DNA of 29,737 nucleotides from a virus (Duplodnaviria > Heunggongvirae > Uroviricota > Caudoviricetes), in IMG/VR virus record IMGVR_UViG_2541047877_000009; one strand, written 5' to 3'. Positions 8,014-17,896 of the stretch are shown in pieces; position 1 is the first letter of the stretch; every line of letters begins with the position of its first letter. The notes beneath the pieces are model-generated. The model was not told the DNA's origin, made no database searches, and saw nothing but the letters and a program-made list of their open reading frames with translations. The translations under genes were made by a program, and so were the position numbers.

Positions 8014-9048
8014 TCAGCCGTTGTCAGTGTCCAGTGAGTAGTTTTTAAAGCGGATGACCTCCTGACCGAGCCAGCCGTTTATCTCGCGGATCCTGTCCTG
8101 TAACGGGATAAGCTCATTGCGGACAAAGACCTTTGCCACTTTCTCAATATCACCCAGCGACCCGACGTTCTCCGGCTTGCCGCCCATCAACTGAAAGGGG
8201 ATGCGGTGCGCGTCCAGCAGGTCAGCGGCGCTGGCTTTTTTGATATTAAAAAAATCGTCCTTCGTTGCCACTTCACTGAGCGGGATAATTTTAATGCCGT
8301 CGGCTTTCCCCTGCGGGGCATAGAGAAACAGATTTTTAAAGTTGTTGCGGCCTTTCGACTTGACCATGTTTTTGCGAAGCATTTCGATATCGTTGCGATC
8401 CTGCACGGCATCGGTGACGTACATGATGTATCCGGCATGTGCGCCATTTTCGTAATACTTGCGGCGGAACAGTGTGGCCGATTCATTCAGCCAGGCAGAG
8501 TTAAGGGCGCTGAGATATTCCGGCAGGCCGTACAGCTCCTGATTAATATCGGGCTCCAGCAGGTGAAATACTGAGCCGGGCGTGAAAGGTGTCGGCTCGT
8601 TGAAGGACGGCACCCACCAGTAAACATCCTCCTCCACGCCACGGCGGGTATATTTTGCCGGTGAGGTTTCCAGTCTGATGACCTTACCGGTGGTGCTGTA
8701 ACGCTTTTCCAGAAACGCATTACCGAACACCAGAAAATCCAGCACAAAGCGGCTGAAATCCTGTTGCGAAAGCCACGGATGCGGGATAAATGTCGAGGCC
8801 AGAATATTGCGTTTAACGTAAATCGGTGAGCTGTGATGCACGGCAGCACGCAGGCTTTTCGCCAGACCGGTAAAGCTGACCGGCGGCTCATACCATCTGC
8901 CGTTACTGATGCACTCGACGTAATCCAGAATGTCACGGCGGTCGAGTACCGGCACCGGCTCACCAAAGGTGAATGCCTCCATTTTCGGGGCGCTGGCGGT
9001 CATTGTTTTTGCCGCAGGTTGCGGTGTTTTCCCTTTTTTCTTGCTCAT
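8014..9048 (-). CDS. Q: Portal protein gpQ
   Basis: 344-aa ORF, the length I recall for P2 Q; start overlaps the stop of P; position adjacent to cos. Confidence 0.9.
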   Translation of the reverse strand: MSKKKGKTPQPAAKTMTASAPKMEAFTFGEPVPVLDRRDILDYVECISNGRWYEPPVSFTGLAKSLRAAVHHSSPIYVKRNILASTFIPHPWLSQQDFSRFVLDFLVFGNAFLEKRYSTTGKVIRLETSPAKYTRRGVEEDVYWWVPSFNEPTPFTPGSVFHLLEPDINQELYGLPEYLSALNSAWLNESATLFRRKYYENGAHAGYIMYVTDAVQDRNDIEMLRKNMVKSKGRNNFKNLFLYAPQGKADGIKIIPLSEVATKDDFFNIKKASAADLLDAHRIPFQLMGGKPENVGSLGDIEKVAKVFVRNELIPLQDRIREINGWLGQEVIRFKNYSLDTDNG

Positions 9049-10820
9049 CAGTAAAACTCCAGAATGGTGGATGTCAGCGGGGTGCTGATACCGGCGGTGA
9101 GTGGCTCATTTAACAGGGCGTGCATGGTCGCCCAGGCGAGGTCGGCATGGCTGGCTTCCTCGCTGCGGCTGGCCTCATAGGTGGCGCTGCGTCCGCTGCT
9201 GGTCATGGTCTTGCGGATAGCCATGAACGAGCTGGTGATGTCGGTGGCGCTGACGTCATATTCCAGACAGCCACGGCGGATAACGTCTTTTGCCTTGAGC
9301 ACCATTGCGGTTTTCATTTCCGGCGTGTAGCGGATATCGCGCGCGGCGGGATAGAACGAGCGCACGAGCTGGAACACGCCGACACCGAGGCCGGTGGCAT
9401 CAATTCCGATGTATTCGACGTTGTATTTTTCGGTGAGTTTGCGGATGGATTCCGCCTGAGTGGCAAAGTCCATGCCTTTCCACTGGTGACGCTCAAGTAT
9501 TCTGAATTTGCCACCGGCCACCACCGGCGGTGCCAGCACCACGCATCCGGCGCTGTCGCCACGGTGTGACGGGTCGTAACCAATCCATACCGGTCGGGAG
9601 CCGAACGGATTTGCGGCAAACGGCGCATAGTCTTCCCATTCTTCCAGCGTGTCGACCATGCAGCGTTGCAGCTCCTCGAACGGGAACACCGACGCCTTGT
9701 CGTCAACAAATTCACACATGAACAGGTTTTTAAAATCGTCGGCGCTGTTTTCGCGTTTGAGCTGCTCAATGTCGAACAGCGTGCAGCCGCCTTTCAGCGC
9801 GTCCTCAATGGTGACAATCTGCCGCCACTGGCCGTCCGCACAGAGAAGCCCACCGGCAAGGGCGTTATGACTGACGTCGATTTCCACGCGTTCGGCGGCG
9901 CTGGCGCGTCCCCGGTTGAACAGTTCACCCGACCAGAACGGGTAGGCGTCGTGCGCCAGCGTGGACGGGGTGGAGAAATAGGTCGAGCGCAGGTGACTCT
10001 GTGAGGCCATACCTGATGCCACCTTACGCAGTACCTGAAAATTCGGGATCCAGAAAATCTCGTCGACGTACAGGTCGCCGTTATGGCTCTGCGCGGTGTT
10101 GGAGTTGGTGCCGAGAAAAATCAGTTTTGCGCCGTTATTGCCCAGGACAATCGGGTCACCGGTCAGGTCAACGTCAACCAGACGGGCAAAGGCGATGATG
10201 TATTCACGGAACACATACGCCTGCGTTTTACTGGCCGACAGAAAAATCTGGTTATGACCGGTTTTCAGGGCGCGCAGCAGCGCCTCGCGGGAAAAATAAA
10301 ACGTCGCGCCAATCTGGCGGGATTTCAGGATATCGCGGATGCGGTGCTCAAGCCCGGCGCGATACCAGTGCAACTGGTAGTCGAAAGACTGCTCAAAGAA
10401 AATCTGCTCCAGCTTTTCGATGGCCTCGTCACTGAAAAAATTCTTTTTCGGTTTGCGCCGCCCGCCTTTGTTGCGGTTAGCGACGTTCGGATTAAGGTCT
10501 GCCTCGTTGCCGGTCTGACTGTAACGGTTGACCCGTGCCAGTCGTTCAATCTGGCGTCCCAGCAGGTCAATTTCCTTGAAGTCACCGCCGGTTTTCTGCG
10601 GTTTGATGATGAGCTGGGTCAGCCGCGCTTCCAGACTCATTTCGACACGGCTGATGGGGGCAACGCTGTCCCAGCCGTCGCGCTGTTTCCAGCTCTGCAC
10701 CGTCGGGCGTTTCATCTGCAACATGGCGGCAATCTGCGGCACGGAAAATCCCTGCCAGTACAGCAGCGCCGCCTGACGACGCGGGTCGTGTAAAAGAGTG
10801 GTGTCTGTGGTGATGGTCAT
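9048..10820 (-). CDS. P: Terminase large subunit (ATPase/nuclease) gpP. ORF track start 10850; MTITTD at 10820 preferred (GAGGT SD).
   Basis: 590-aa ORF from the preferred start, the length I recall for P2 P; upstream of Q in the same operon. Confidence 0.9.
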   Translation of the reverse strand: MTITTDTTLLHDPRRQAALLYWQGFSVPQIAAMLQMKRPTVQSWKQRDGWDSVAPISRVEMSLEARLTQLIIKPQKTGGDFKEIDLLGRQIERLARVNRYSQTGNEADLNPNVANRNKGGRRKPKKNFFSDEAIEKLEQIFFEQSFDYQLHWYRAGLEHRIRDILKSRQIGATFYFSREALLRALKTGHNQIFLSASKTQAYVFREYIIAFARLVDVDLTGDPIVLGNNGAKLIFLGTNSNTAQSHNGDLYVDEIFWIPNFQVLRKVASGMASQSHLRSTYFSTPSTLAHDAYPFWSGELFNRGRASAAERVEIDVSHNALAGGLLCADGQWRQIVTIEDALKGGCTLFDIEQLKRENSADDFKNLFMCEFVDDKASVFPFEELQRCMVDTLEEWEDYAPFAANPFGSRPVWIGYDPSHRGDSAGCVVLAPPVVAGGKFRILERHQWKGMDFATQAESIRKLTEKYNVEYIGIDATGLGVGVFQLVRSFYPAARDIRYTPEMKTAMVLKAKDVIRRGCLEYDVSATDITSSFMAIRKTMTSSGRSATYEASRSEEASHADLAWATMHALLNEPLTAGISTPLTSTILEFY

Positions 10821-10993
10821 GAATACCTCGCCGTGATGAATACACGGCAAGGCTACTGAGTCGCGCCCCGCGATTCGCTAAGGTGCTGTTGTGTCAGTGA
10901 TAAGCCATCCGGGACTGATGGCGGAGGATGCGCATCGTCGGGAAACTGATGCCGACATGTGACTCCTCTAATCACTATTCAGGACTCCTGACA
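10821..10993. promoter_or_regulatory. Divergent late promoter region (P-Q leftward, O-N-M-L rightward); Ogr-dependent by analogy
   Basis: Intergenic region between divergent P and O, where P2 has the Ogr-activated late promoters. I could not find a clean TGT-N12-ACA dyad by eye, so this is positional inference only. Confidence 0.35.
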
Positions 10994-11848
10994 ATGGCAA
11001 AAAAAGTCTCAAAATTCTTTCGTATCGGCGTTGAGGGTGACACCTGTGACGGGCGTGTCATCAGTGCGCAGGATATTCAGGAAATGGCCGAAACCTTTGA
11101 CCCGCGTGTCTATGGTTGCCGCATTAACCTGGAACATCTGCGCGGCATCCTGCCTGACGGTATTTTTAAACGTTATGGCGATGTGGCCGAACTGAAGGCC
11201 GAAAAGATTGACGATGATTCGGCGCTGAAAGGCAAATGGGCGCTGTTTGCGAAAATCACCCCGACCGATGACCTTATCGCGATGAACAAGGCCGCGCAGA
11301 AGGTCTATACCTCAATGGAAATTCAGCCGAACTTTGCCAATACAGGCAAATGTTATCTGGTGGGTCTGGCCGTCACCGATGACCCGGCAAGCCTCGGCAC
11401 GGAATACCTGGAATTCTGCCGCACGGCAAAACACAACCCCCTGAACCGCTTCAAATTAAGCCCTGAAAACCTGATTTCAGTGGCAACGCCCGTTGAGCTG
11501 GAATTTGAAGACCTGCCTGAAACCGTGTTCACCGCCCTGACCGAAAAGGTGAAATCCATTTTTGGCCGCAAACAGGCCAGCGATGACGCCCGTCTGAATG
11601 ACGTGCATGAAGCGGTGACCGCTGTCGCTGAGCATGTGCAGGAAAAACTGAGCGCCACTGAGCAGCGCCTTGCTGAGATGGAAACCGCCTTTTCCGCACT
11701 TAAGCAGGATGTGACTGACAGGGCGGATGAAACCAGTCAGGCATTCACCCGCCTGAAAAACAGTCTCGATCACGCCGAAAGTCTGACCCAGCAGCGCCGC
11801 AGCAAAGCCACCGGCGGTGGCGGTGACGCCCTGATGACGAACTGCTGA
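10994..11848 (+). CDS. O: Capsid scaffolding protein gpO. ORF track start 10928; MAKKVSKFF at 10994 preferred.
   Basis: 284 aa from the preferred start, the length I recall for P2 O; immediately upstream of the major capsid gene. Confidence 0.85.
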   Translation: MAKKVSKFFRIGVEGDTCDGRVISAQDIQEMAETFDPRVYGCRINLEHLRGILPDGIFKRYGDVAELKAEKIDDDSALKGKWALFAKITPTDDLIAMNKAAQKVYTSMEIQPNFANTGKCYLVGLAVTDDPASLGTEYLEFCRTAKHNPLNRFKLSPENLISVATPVELEFEDLPETVFTALTEKVKSIFGRKQASDDARLNDVHEAVTAVAEHVQEKLSATEQRLAEMETAFSALKQDVTDRADETSQAFTRLKNSLDHAESLTQQRRSKATGGGGDALMTNC

Positions 11849-11906
11849 CCGGCGTCAGTCAGTCCGGGAAAACCTTCACGATTAACCCTTAATTTCAGGA
11901 AAAACT

Positions 11907-12980
11907 ATGCGCCAGGAAACCCGCTTTAAATTTAATGCCTACCTGTCCCGTGTTGCCGAACTGAACGGCATCGACGCCGGTGATGTGTCGAAAAAATTCA
12001 CCGTTGAACCGTCGGTCACCCAGACCCTGATGAACACCATGCAGGAGTCCTCTGACTTTCTGACCCGCATCAACATTGTGCCGGTCAGCGAAATGAAAGG
12101 GGAAAAAATTGGTATTGGTGTCACCGGCTCCATCGCCAGCACCACCGACACCGCCGGTGGCACCGAGCGTCAGCCGAAGGACTTCTCGAAGCTGGCGTCA
12201 AACAAGTACGAATGCGACCAGATTAACTTCGATTTTTATATCCGCTACAAAACGCTGGACCTGTGGGCGCGTTATCAGGATTTCCAGCTCCGTATCCGTA
12301 ACGCCATTATCAAACGCCAGTCCCTTGATTTCATCATGGCCGGTTTTAACGGCGTGAGGCGTGCCGAAACCTCTGACCGCAGCAGCAATCCGATGCTGCA
12401 GGATGTGGCGGTCGGCTGGCTGCAGAAATACCGCAATGAAGCCCCGGCGCGCGTGATGAGCAAGGTCACTGACGAGGAAGGGCACACCACCTCTGAGGTT
12501 ATCCGCGTGGGTAAGGGCGGTGATTATGCCAGCCTTGACGCACTGGTGATGGATGCGACCAACAACCTGATTGAGCCGTGGTATCAGGAAGACCCTGACC
12601 TTGTGGTGATTGTGGGACGTCAGCTACTGGCGGACAAGTATTTTCCCATCGTCAACAAGGAGCAGGACAACAGCGAAATGCTGGCCGCTGACGTCATCAT
12701 CAGCCAGAAACGCATCGGTAACCTGCCGGCGGTACGCGTCCCGTACTTCCCGGCGGATGCGATGCTCATCACAAAGCTGGAAAACCTGTCCATCTACTAC
12801 ATGGATGACAGCCATCGCCGCGTGATTGAGGAAAACCCGAAACTCGACCGCGTGGAGAACTACGAGTCAATGAACATTGATTACGTGGTGGAAGACTACG
12901 CCGCCGGTTGTCTGGTGGAAAAAATTAAGGTCGGTGATTTTTCCACACCGGCTAAGGCGACCGCAGAGCCGGGAGCGTAA
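11907..12980 (+). CDS. N: Major capsid protein gpN
   Basis: 357-aa ORF, the length I recall for P2 N; AGGAAAA SD; synteny O-N-M. Confidence 0.9.
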   Translation: MRQETRFKFNAYLSRVAELNGIDAGDVSKKFTVEPSVTQTLMNTMQESSDFLTRINIVPVSEMKGEKIGIGVTGSIASTTDTAGGTERQPKDFSKLASNKYECDQINFDFYIRYKTLDLWARYQDFQLRIRNAIIKRQSLDFIMAGFNGVRRAETSDRSSNPMLQDVAVGWLQKYRNEAPARVMSKVTDEEGHTTSEVIRVGKGGDYASLDALVMDATNNLIEPWYQEDPDLVVIVGRQLLADKYFPIVNKEQDNSEMLAADVIISQKRIGNLPAVRVPYFPADAMLITKLENLSIYYMDDSHRRVIEENPKLDRVENYESMNIDYVVEDYAAGCLVEKIKVGDFSTPAKATAEPGA

Positions 12981-12983
12981 CCG

Positions 12984-13727
12984 ATGACGAGTCCCGCACA
13001 GCGCCACATGATGCGGGTCTCGGCAGCGATGACCGCGCAGCGGGACGCCGCCCCGCTGCGACATGCAACTGTCTATGAGCAGATGCTGGTTAAGCTGGCC
13101 GCAGACCAGCGCACACTGAAAGCGATTTATTCAAAAGAGCTGAAGGCCGCAAAAAAACGCGAACTGCTGCCGTTCTGGTTGCCGTGGGTGAACGGCGTGC
13201 TGGAGCAGGGCAAAGGTGCACAGGATGACATTCTGATGACGGTCATGCTGTGGCGTCTGGATACCGGCGATATTGCCGGTGCGCTGGAGATTGCCCGTTA
13301 TGCCCTGAAGTACGGTCTGACCATGCCGGGTAAACACCGCCGTACCCCGCCGTACATGTTCACCGAGGAGGTGGCGCTTGCGGCCATGCGCGCTCACGCT
13401 GCCGGTGAGTCTGTGGATACCCGCCTGCTGACGGACACCCTTGAACTGACCGCCACGGCTGACATGCCTGATGAAGTGCGCGCAAAGCTGCACAAAATCA
13501 CCGGTCTGTTTCTGCGTGACGCCGGTGATGCCGCCGGTGCGCTGGCTCACCTGCAACGTGCGACACAGCTCGACTGTCAGGCAGGCGTCAAAAAAGAGAT
13601 TGAACGACTGGAGCGGGAGCTGAAACCGAAGCCGGAGCCGCAGCCCAAAGCGGCCACCCGCGCCCCGCGTAAGACCCGGAGCGTGACACCGGCAAAACGT
13701 GGACGCCCGAAAAAGAAAGCCAGTTAA
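12984..13727 (+). CDS. M: Terminase small subunit gpM
   Basis: 247-aa ORF with basic C-terminal tail (KRGRPKKKAS); synteny. Confidence 0.85.
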   Translation: MTSPAQRHMMRVSAAMTAQRDAAPLRHATVYEQMLVKLAADQRTLKAIYSKELKAAKKRELLPFWLPWVNGVLEQGKGAQDDILMTVMLWRLDTGDIAGALEIARYALKYGLTMPGKHRRTPPYMFTEEVALAAMRAHAAGESVDTRLLTDTLELTATADMPDEVRAKLHKITGLFLRDAGDAAGALAHLQRATQLDCQAGVKKEIERLERELKPKPEPQPKAATRAPRKTRSVTPAKRGRPKKKAS

Positions 13728-13826
13728 CAACCGAATGCGCCCCGCGCCAGGGCGGCACGCCGGTCAGTGAGGGTGAATCACCTGACACTGTACCGGCGTC
13801 CACCGCCCGACTTTTCAGAGGTAGTC

Positions 13827-14336
13827 ATGATGACGCTGATTATTCCGCGAAAGGAGGCTCCCGTGTCCGGTGAGGGTACGGTGGTCATCCCGCAACCGGC
13901 AGGCGACGAGCCGGTGATTAAAAACACGTTCTTTTTTCCCGATATCGACCCGAAGCGCGTCCGGGAACGTATGCGCCTTGAGCAGACCGTCGCCCCCGCC
14001 CGTCTGCGTGAGGCCATCAAGTCAGGCATGGCGGAGACGAATGCGGAGCTGTACGAGTACCGCGAACAGAAAATTGCCGCCGGTTTTACGCGTCTGGCGG
14101 ACGTCCCGGCGGACGACATCGACGGTGAAAACATCAAAGTTTTTTACTACGAGCGCGCCGTGTGTGCGATGGCGACCGCGTCGCTTTATGAGCGTTATCG
14201 CGGCGTGGATGCCAGTGCGAAAGGCGACAAGAAGGCCGACAGCATTGACAGCACCATTGATGAGCTGTGGCGGGATATGCGCTGGGCGGTGGCGCGTATC
14301 CAGGACAAGCCGCGCTGCATCGTGAGTCAAATCTGA
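13827..14336 (+). CDS. L: Head completion/stabilisation protein gpL. ORF track start 13767; MMTLIIPRK at 13827 preferred (GAGG SD).
   Basis: 169 aa from the preferred start, the length I recall for P2 L. Confidence 0.85.
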   Translation: MMTLIIPRKEAPVSGEGTVVIPQPAGDEPVIKNTFFFPDIDPKRVRERMRLEQTVAPARLREAIKSGMAETNAELYEYREQKIAAGFTRLADVPADDIDGENIKVFYYERAVCAMATASLYERYRGVDASAKGDKKADSIDSTIDELWRDMRWAVARIQDKPRCIVSQI

Positions 14337-14539
14337 TGAAGACCTTTGCGCTACAGGGCGACACGCTCGACGCCATTTGTGTCCGGTATTACGGGCGCAC
14401 TGAGGGCGTGGTTGAGACCGTGCTCGCCGCAAATCTGGGACTGGCTGAACTGGGCGCGGTGCTGCCGCACGGCACCGCCGTCGAACTGCCCGACGTTCAG
14501 ACCGCGCCCGTGGCTGAAACTGTCAATCTGTGGGAGTAA
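14336..14539 (+). CDS. X: Tail protein X (LysM-like)
   Basis: 67-aa product MKTFALQGDTLDAICVRYYG...; start overlaps the L stop (TGATG). The longer 14267 ORF in the track is an upstream extension in another frame. Confidence 0.8.
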   Translation: MKTFALQGDTLDAICVRYYGRTEGVVETVLAANLGLAELGAVLPHGTAVELPDVQTAPVAETVNLWE

Positions 14540-14542
14540 CGC

Positions 14543-14824
14543 ATGACAGCAGAAGAAAAAAGCGTCCTGTCGCTTTTCATGATTGGGGTGCTGATTGTTG
14601 TCGGCAAGGTGCTTGCCGGTGGTGAACCCATCACCCCGCGTCTGTTTATCGGGCGCATGTTGCTCGGTGGTTTTGTCTCAATGGTTGCCGGTGTTGTTCT
14701 GGTGCAGTTTCCTGACCTGTCACTGCCTGCGGTGTGCGGCATCGGCTCCATGCTGGGTATCGCCGGTTATCAGGTGATTGAGATTGCCATTCAGCGCCGC
14801 TTTAAGGGCAGGGGGAAACCGTAA
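14543..14824 (+). CDS. Y: Holin gpY
   Basis: 93-aa hydrophobic protein with predicted transmembrane segments and charged C-terminus; GGGAG SD; precedes the endolysin. Confidence 0.8.
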   Translation: MTAEEKSVLSLFMIGVLIVVGKVLAGGEPITPRLFIGRMLLGGFVSMVAGVVLVQFPDLSLPAVCGIGSMLGIAGYQVIEIAIQRRFKGRGKP

Positions 14825-15321
14825 TGCCGGTAATTAACACGCATCAGAATATCGCCGCCTTTCTCGACATGCTGGCAGTGTCCGAAGGGACGGCGAACCA
14901 TCCGCTGACGAAAAACCGGGGCTATGACGTGATAGTCACCGGACTGGACGGAAAGCCGGAAATTTTCACCGACTACAGTGACCACCCGTTCGCGCATGGC
15001 CGACCGGCGAAGGTGTTTAACCGTCGCGGTGAAAAATCCACGGCCTCCGGTCGCTATCAGCAGCTTTACCTGTTCTGGCCGCATTACCGCAAACAGCTTG
15101 CCCTGCCGGATTTCAGTCCGTTGTCACAGGACAGACTTGCCATTCAGTTGATCCGCGAACGCGGTGCACTGGATGACATCCGGGCGGGACGCATTGAGCG
15201 CGCCATTTCACGCTGTCGCAATATCTGGGCGTCCCTGCCGGGTGCCGGTTACGGTCAGCGCGAGCATTCACTGGAAAAACTGGTCACCGTCTGGCGTACC
15301 GCTGGCGGCGTACCGGCTTAA
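14824..15321 (+). CDS. K: Endolysin gpK (phage lysozyme / muramidase family)
   Basis: 165-aa ORF, the length I recall for P2 K; lysis cassette position. Confidence 0.85.
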   Translation: MPVINTHQNIAAFLDMLAVSEGTANHPLTKNRGYDVIVTGLDGKPEIFTDYSDHPFAHGRPAKVFNRRGEKSTASGRYQQLYLFWPHYRKQLALPDFSPLSQDRLAIQLIRERGALDDIRAGRIERAISRCRNIWASLPGAGYGQREHSLEKLVTVWRTAGGVPA

Positions 15322-15335
15322 ACGGAGTAAACACC

Positions 15336-15761
15336 ATGAAGAAATTATCCCTTTCACTGATGCTGAACATGTCGCTGGCGCTGATGCTGGCACTGTCCCT
15401 GATTTACCCGCAGAGCGTGGCCGTCAGTTTTGTCGCTGCCTGGGCGATTCTGGCGACGGTTATCTGTGTGGTTGCCGGTGGTGTCGGCGTGTATGCCACG
15501 GAGTATGTACTTGAACGCTACGGGCGGGAGCTGCCGCCGGAATCGCTGGCCGTGAAGATTGTCACGTCGCTGTTTTTGCAGCCGGTGACGTGGTGCAGAC
15601 GGGCGGTGGGTCTGGTGGTGATGGTGGCGACGTTTATCTCGCTGGTCGCCGCCGGGTGGATTTTTACCGCGCTGATTTATCTTGTGGCGTCGCTATTTTT
15701 CCGGTTGATGCATACGGCCTGCCGCCAGCGTCTTGAGGGGCGGAAACCATGTCAAGGCTGA
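15336..15761 (+). CDS. lysA: LysA, membrane protein of the lysis cassette (lysis timing)
   Basis: 141-aa strongly hydrophobic multi-span protein following K. Confidence 0.75.
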   Translation: MKKLSLSLMLNMSLALMLALSLIYPQSVAVSFVAAWAILATVICVVAGGVGVYATEYVLERYGRELPPESLAVKIVTSLFLQPVTWCRRAVGLVVMVATFISLVAAGWIFTALIYLVASLFFRLMHTACRQRLEGRKPCQG

Positions 15762-16174
15762 TGACTGTGCTGGTTGTGTTGTTATCGCTGGCGGTGGCCG
15801 GTCTGTTTCTGGTGAAACACAAAAATGCCAGCCTGCGCGCCTCGCTGGACAGGGCGAACAATGTCGCCAGTGGGCAGCAGACGACCATCACCATGCTGAA
15901 AAATCAGCTTCATGTTGCACTCACCAGGGCAGACAAAAACGAGCTGGCGCAGGTGGCTCTGCGTCAGGAACTGGAGAACGCCGCGAAGCGTGAAGCACAG
16001 CGCGAGAAAACCATCACGAGGTTACTTAATGAAAACGAAGATTTTCGCCGCTGGTACGGTGCTGAGCTGCCTGATGCTGTGCGCCGGTTGCACCAGCGCC
16101 CCGCCTGCACTGACGCCAGTGATTGTCCCCAACACCTGCCCGAAAGTGAGTCTTTGCCCGATGCCGGGCAGTGA
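15749..16174 (+). CDS. lysB: LysB, Rz-like inner-membrane spanin
   Basis: 141-aa protein with N-terminal transmembrane segment (LMTVLVVLLSLAVAGLFLV) and coiled-coil-like remainder; GAGGGG SD. Confidence 0.75.
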   Translation: MSRLMTVLVVLLSLAVAGLFLVKHKNASLRASLDRANNVASGQQTTITMLKNQLHVALTRADKNELAQVALRQELENAAKREAQREKTITRLLNENEDFRRWYGAELPDAVRRLHQRPACTDASDCPQHLPESESLPDAGQ

Positions 16175-16319
16175 CCCGCAGACGAACGGCGATTTAAGTG
16201 CCGATATCCGGCAGCTTGAGAACGCGCTGGCACGCTGTGCCAGCCAGGTAAAAATGATTAAACACTGTCAGGACGAAAACGATGCTCAAACCCGACAGCC
16301 TGCGCAGGGCGCTGACTGA
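16029..16319 (+). CDS. lysC: LysC, Rz1-like outer-membrane lipoprotein spanin, starting inside lysB in the +1 frame
   Basis: 96-aa product MKTKIFAAGTVLSCLMLCAGCTSAPP with lipobox LCAGC; GAGG SD; begins within lysB and extends past its stop into R. Confidence 0.7.
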   Translation: MKTKIFAAGTVLSCLMLCAGCTSAPPALTPVIVPNTCPKVSLCPMPGSDPQTNGDLSADIRQLENALARCASQVKMIKHCQDENDAQTRQPAQGAD

Positions 16320-16749
16320 TGCCGTCACGGTGCTGAAAACCAGTCCCGAGATGCTGCGGATATTCGTTGATAACGGGAGTATTGCCTCCACGCTGGCGAC
16401 GTCGTTGTCATTCGAAAAGCGTTACACGCTCAATGTGATTGTGACCGACTTTACCGGTGATTTTGACCTGCTCATCGTGCCGGTGCTGGCGTGGCTGCGG
16501 GAAAATCAGCCCGACATCATGACCACCGACGAAGGCCAGAAAAAAGGTTTCACGTTTTATGCAGACATCAACAATGACAGCAGCTTTGATATCAGCATCA
16601 GCCTGATGCTGACCGAGCGCACGCTGGTCAGCGAGGTTGACGGTGCGCTGCATGTGAAGAATATCCCGGAACCCCCGCCGCCGGAGCCGGTCACCCGCCC
16701 GGTGGAGCTTTATATCAATGGCGAACTGGTGAGCAAGTGGGATGAATGA
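16282..16749 (+). CDS. R: Tail completion protein gpR
   Basis: 155-aa ORF, the length I recall for P2 R; synteny. Confidence 0.85.
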   Translation: MLKPDSLRRALTDAVTVLKTSPEMLRIFVDNGSIASTLATSLSFEKRYTLNVIVTDFTGDFDLLIVPVLAWLRENQPDIMTTDEGQKKGFTFYADINNDSSFDISISLMLTERTLVSEVDGALHVKNIPEPPPPEPVTRPVELYINGELVSKWDE

Positions 16750-17194
16750 GTTTAAGCGTTTTGAAGACCGGCTGACCGGACTGATTGAATCGCTGTCACC
16801 GTCAGGGCGTCGGCGACTGAGCGCCGAACTGGCGAAACGTCTGCGTCAGAGTCAGCAGCGTCGGGTGATGGCACAGAAAGCCCCGGACGGCACACCCTAC
16901 GCGCCACGCCAGCAGCAGAGCGCCAGAAAAAAGACTGGTCGTGTTAAGCGAAAAATGTTTGCGAAACTTATCACCAGTCGTTTTTTGCATATCCGCGCCA
17001 GCCCGGAACAGGCATCAATGGAATTTTACGGCGGGAAGTCGCCGAAAATCGCCAGTGTGCATCAGTTCGGTCTGTCGGAAGAAACCCGGAAAGACGGTAA
17101 GAAAATTGATTATCCGGCGCGTCCTCTGCTTGGCTTTACCGGTGAGGATGTGCAGATGATTGAAGAGATTATCCTGGCTCACCTCGACCGTTAG
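16742..17194 (+). CDS. S: Tail completion protein gpS
   Basis: 150-aa ORF, the length I recall for P2 S; overlaps the R stop. Confidence 0.85.
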   Translation: MNEFKRFEDRLTGLIESLSPSGRRRLSAELAKRLRQSQQRRVMAQKAPDGTPYAPRQQQSARKKTGRVKRKMFAKLITSRFLHIRASPEQASMEFYGGKSPKIASVHQFGLSEETRKDGKKIDYPARPLLGFTGEDVQMIEEIILAHLDR

Positions 17195-17226
17195 TTGTGC
17201 CATCCCCGACACCTCATCGTCACATT

Positions 17227-17248
17227 GCCGCCGGTATGACCCGGCGGC
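17227..17248 (+). terminator. GC-rich hairpin between S and V (possible terminator or attenuator of the O..S operon)
   Basis: Perfect 8-bp stem GCCGCCGG / CCGGCGGC with 6-nt loop TATGAC; no strong downstream T-run, so weak as an intrinsic terminator. Confidence 0.3.
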
Positions 17249-17260
17249 ATCCTTCCCGTT

Positions 17261-17896
17261 ATGAACACTCTCGCAAATATTCAGGAACTCGCGCGCGCAC
17301 TGCGCAACATGATTCGCACCGGCGTTATCGTCGAAACCGACCTTAACGCCGGTCGCTGCCGTGTGCAGACCGGCGGCATGTGCACTGACTGGCTTCAGTG
17401 GCTGACCCATCGCGCCGGACGTTCGCGCACATGGTGGGCACCTTCCGTGGGGGAGCAGGTGCTGATTCTGGCCGTGGGCGGTGAACTTGACACGGCGTTT
17501 GTTCTGCCGGGGATTTATTCCGGCGATAACCCCGCGCCGTCTGCGTCGGCGGATGCCCTGCATATCCGTTTCCCTGACGGGGCGGTGATTGAGTATGAAC
17601 CCGAAACCAGTGCACTCACGGTAAGCGGAATTAAAACGGCCAGCGTGACGGCTTCTGATTCTGTTACTGCCACGGTGCCGGTGGTCATGGTGAAAGCATC
17701 AACCCGCGTCACCCTGGACACACCGGAGGTGGTCTGCACCAACAGGCTGATTACCGGCACGCTGGAAGTGCAGAAGGGCGGGACGATGCGCGGCAACATT
17801 GAACACACCGGCGGTGAACTCTCATCAAACGGTAAGGTACTGCATACCCATAAACACCCCGGCGACAGCGGCGGCACAACCGGGAGCCCTCTATGA
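17261..17896 (+). CDS. V: Baseplate central spike gpV
   Basis: 211-aa ORF, the length I recall for P2 V; starts the V-W-J-I-H-G operon. Confidence 0.85.
   Translation: MNTLANIQELARALRNMIRTGVIVETDLNAGRCRVQTGGMCTDWLQWLTHRAGRSRTWWAPSVGEQVLILAVGGELDTAFVLPGIYSGDNPAPSASADALHIRFPDGAVIEYEPETSALTVSGIKTASVTASDSVTATVPVVMVKASTRVTLDTPEVVCTNRLITGTLEVQKGGTMRGNIEHTGGELSSNGKVLHTHKHPGDSGGTTGSPL

Noticed and set aside
10851-10993. Search for an explicit Ogr-box dyad (TGT-N12-ACA) in the P/O divergent region and upstream of V and FI
   Set aside because: I could not find an exact TGT-N12-ACA match by eye at the expected positions, so no specific late-promoter coordinates are claimed; only the region is flagged.
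17015-17563. 182-aa minus-strand ORF antisense to S and V; similar long antisense ORFs at 13131..13730, 18662..19375, 26814..27347, 28184..29218 and 28321..28893
   Set aside because: All lie inside well-supported, GC-rich plus-strand structural genes whose lengths match P2 proteins. Long shadow ORFs are expected in high-GC coding sequence; none has a convincing start context.
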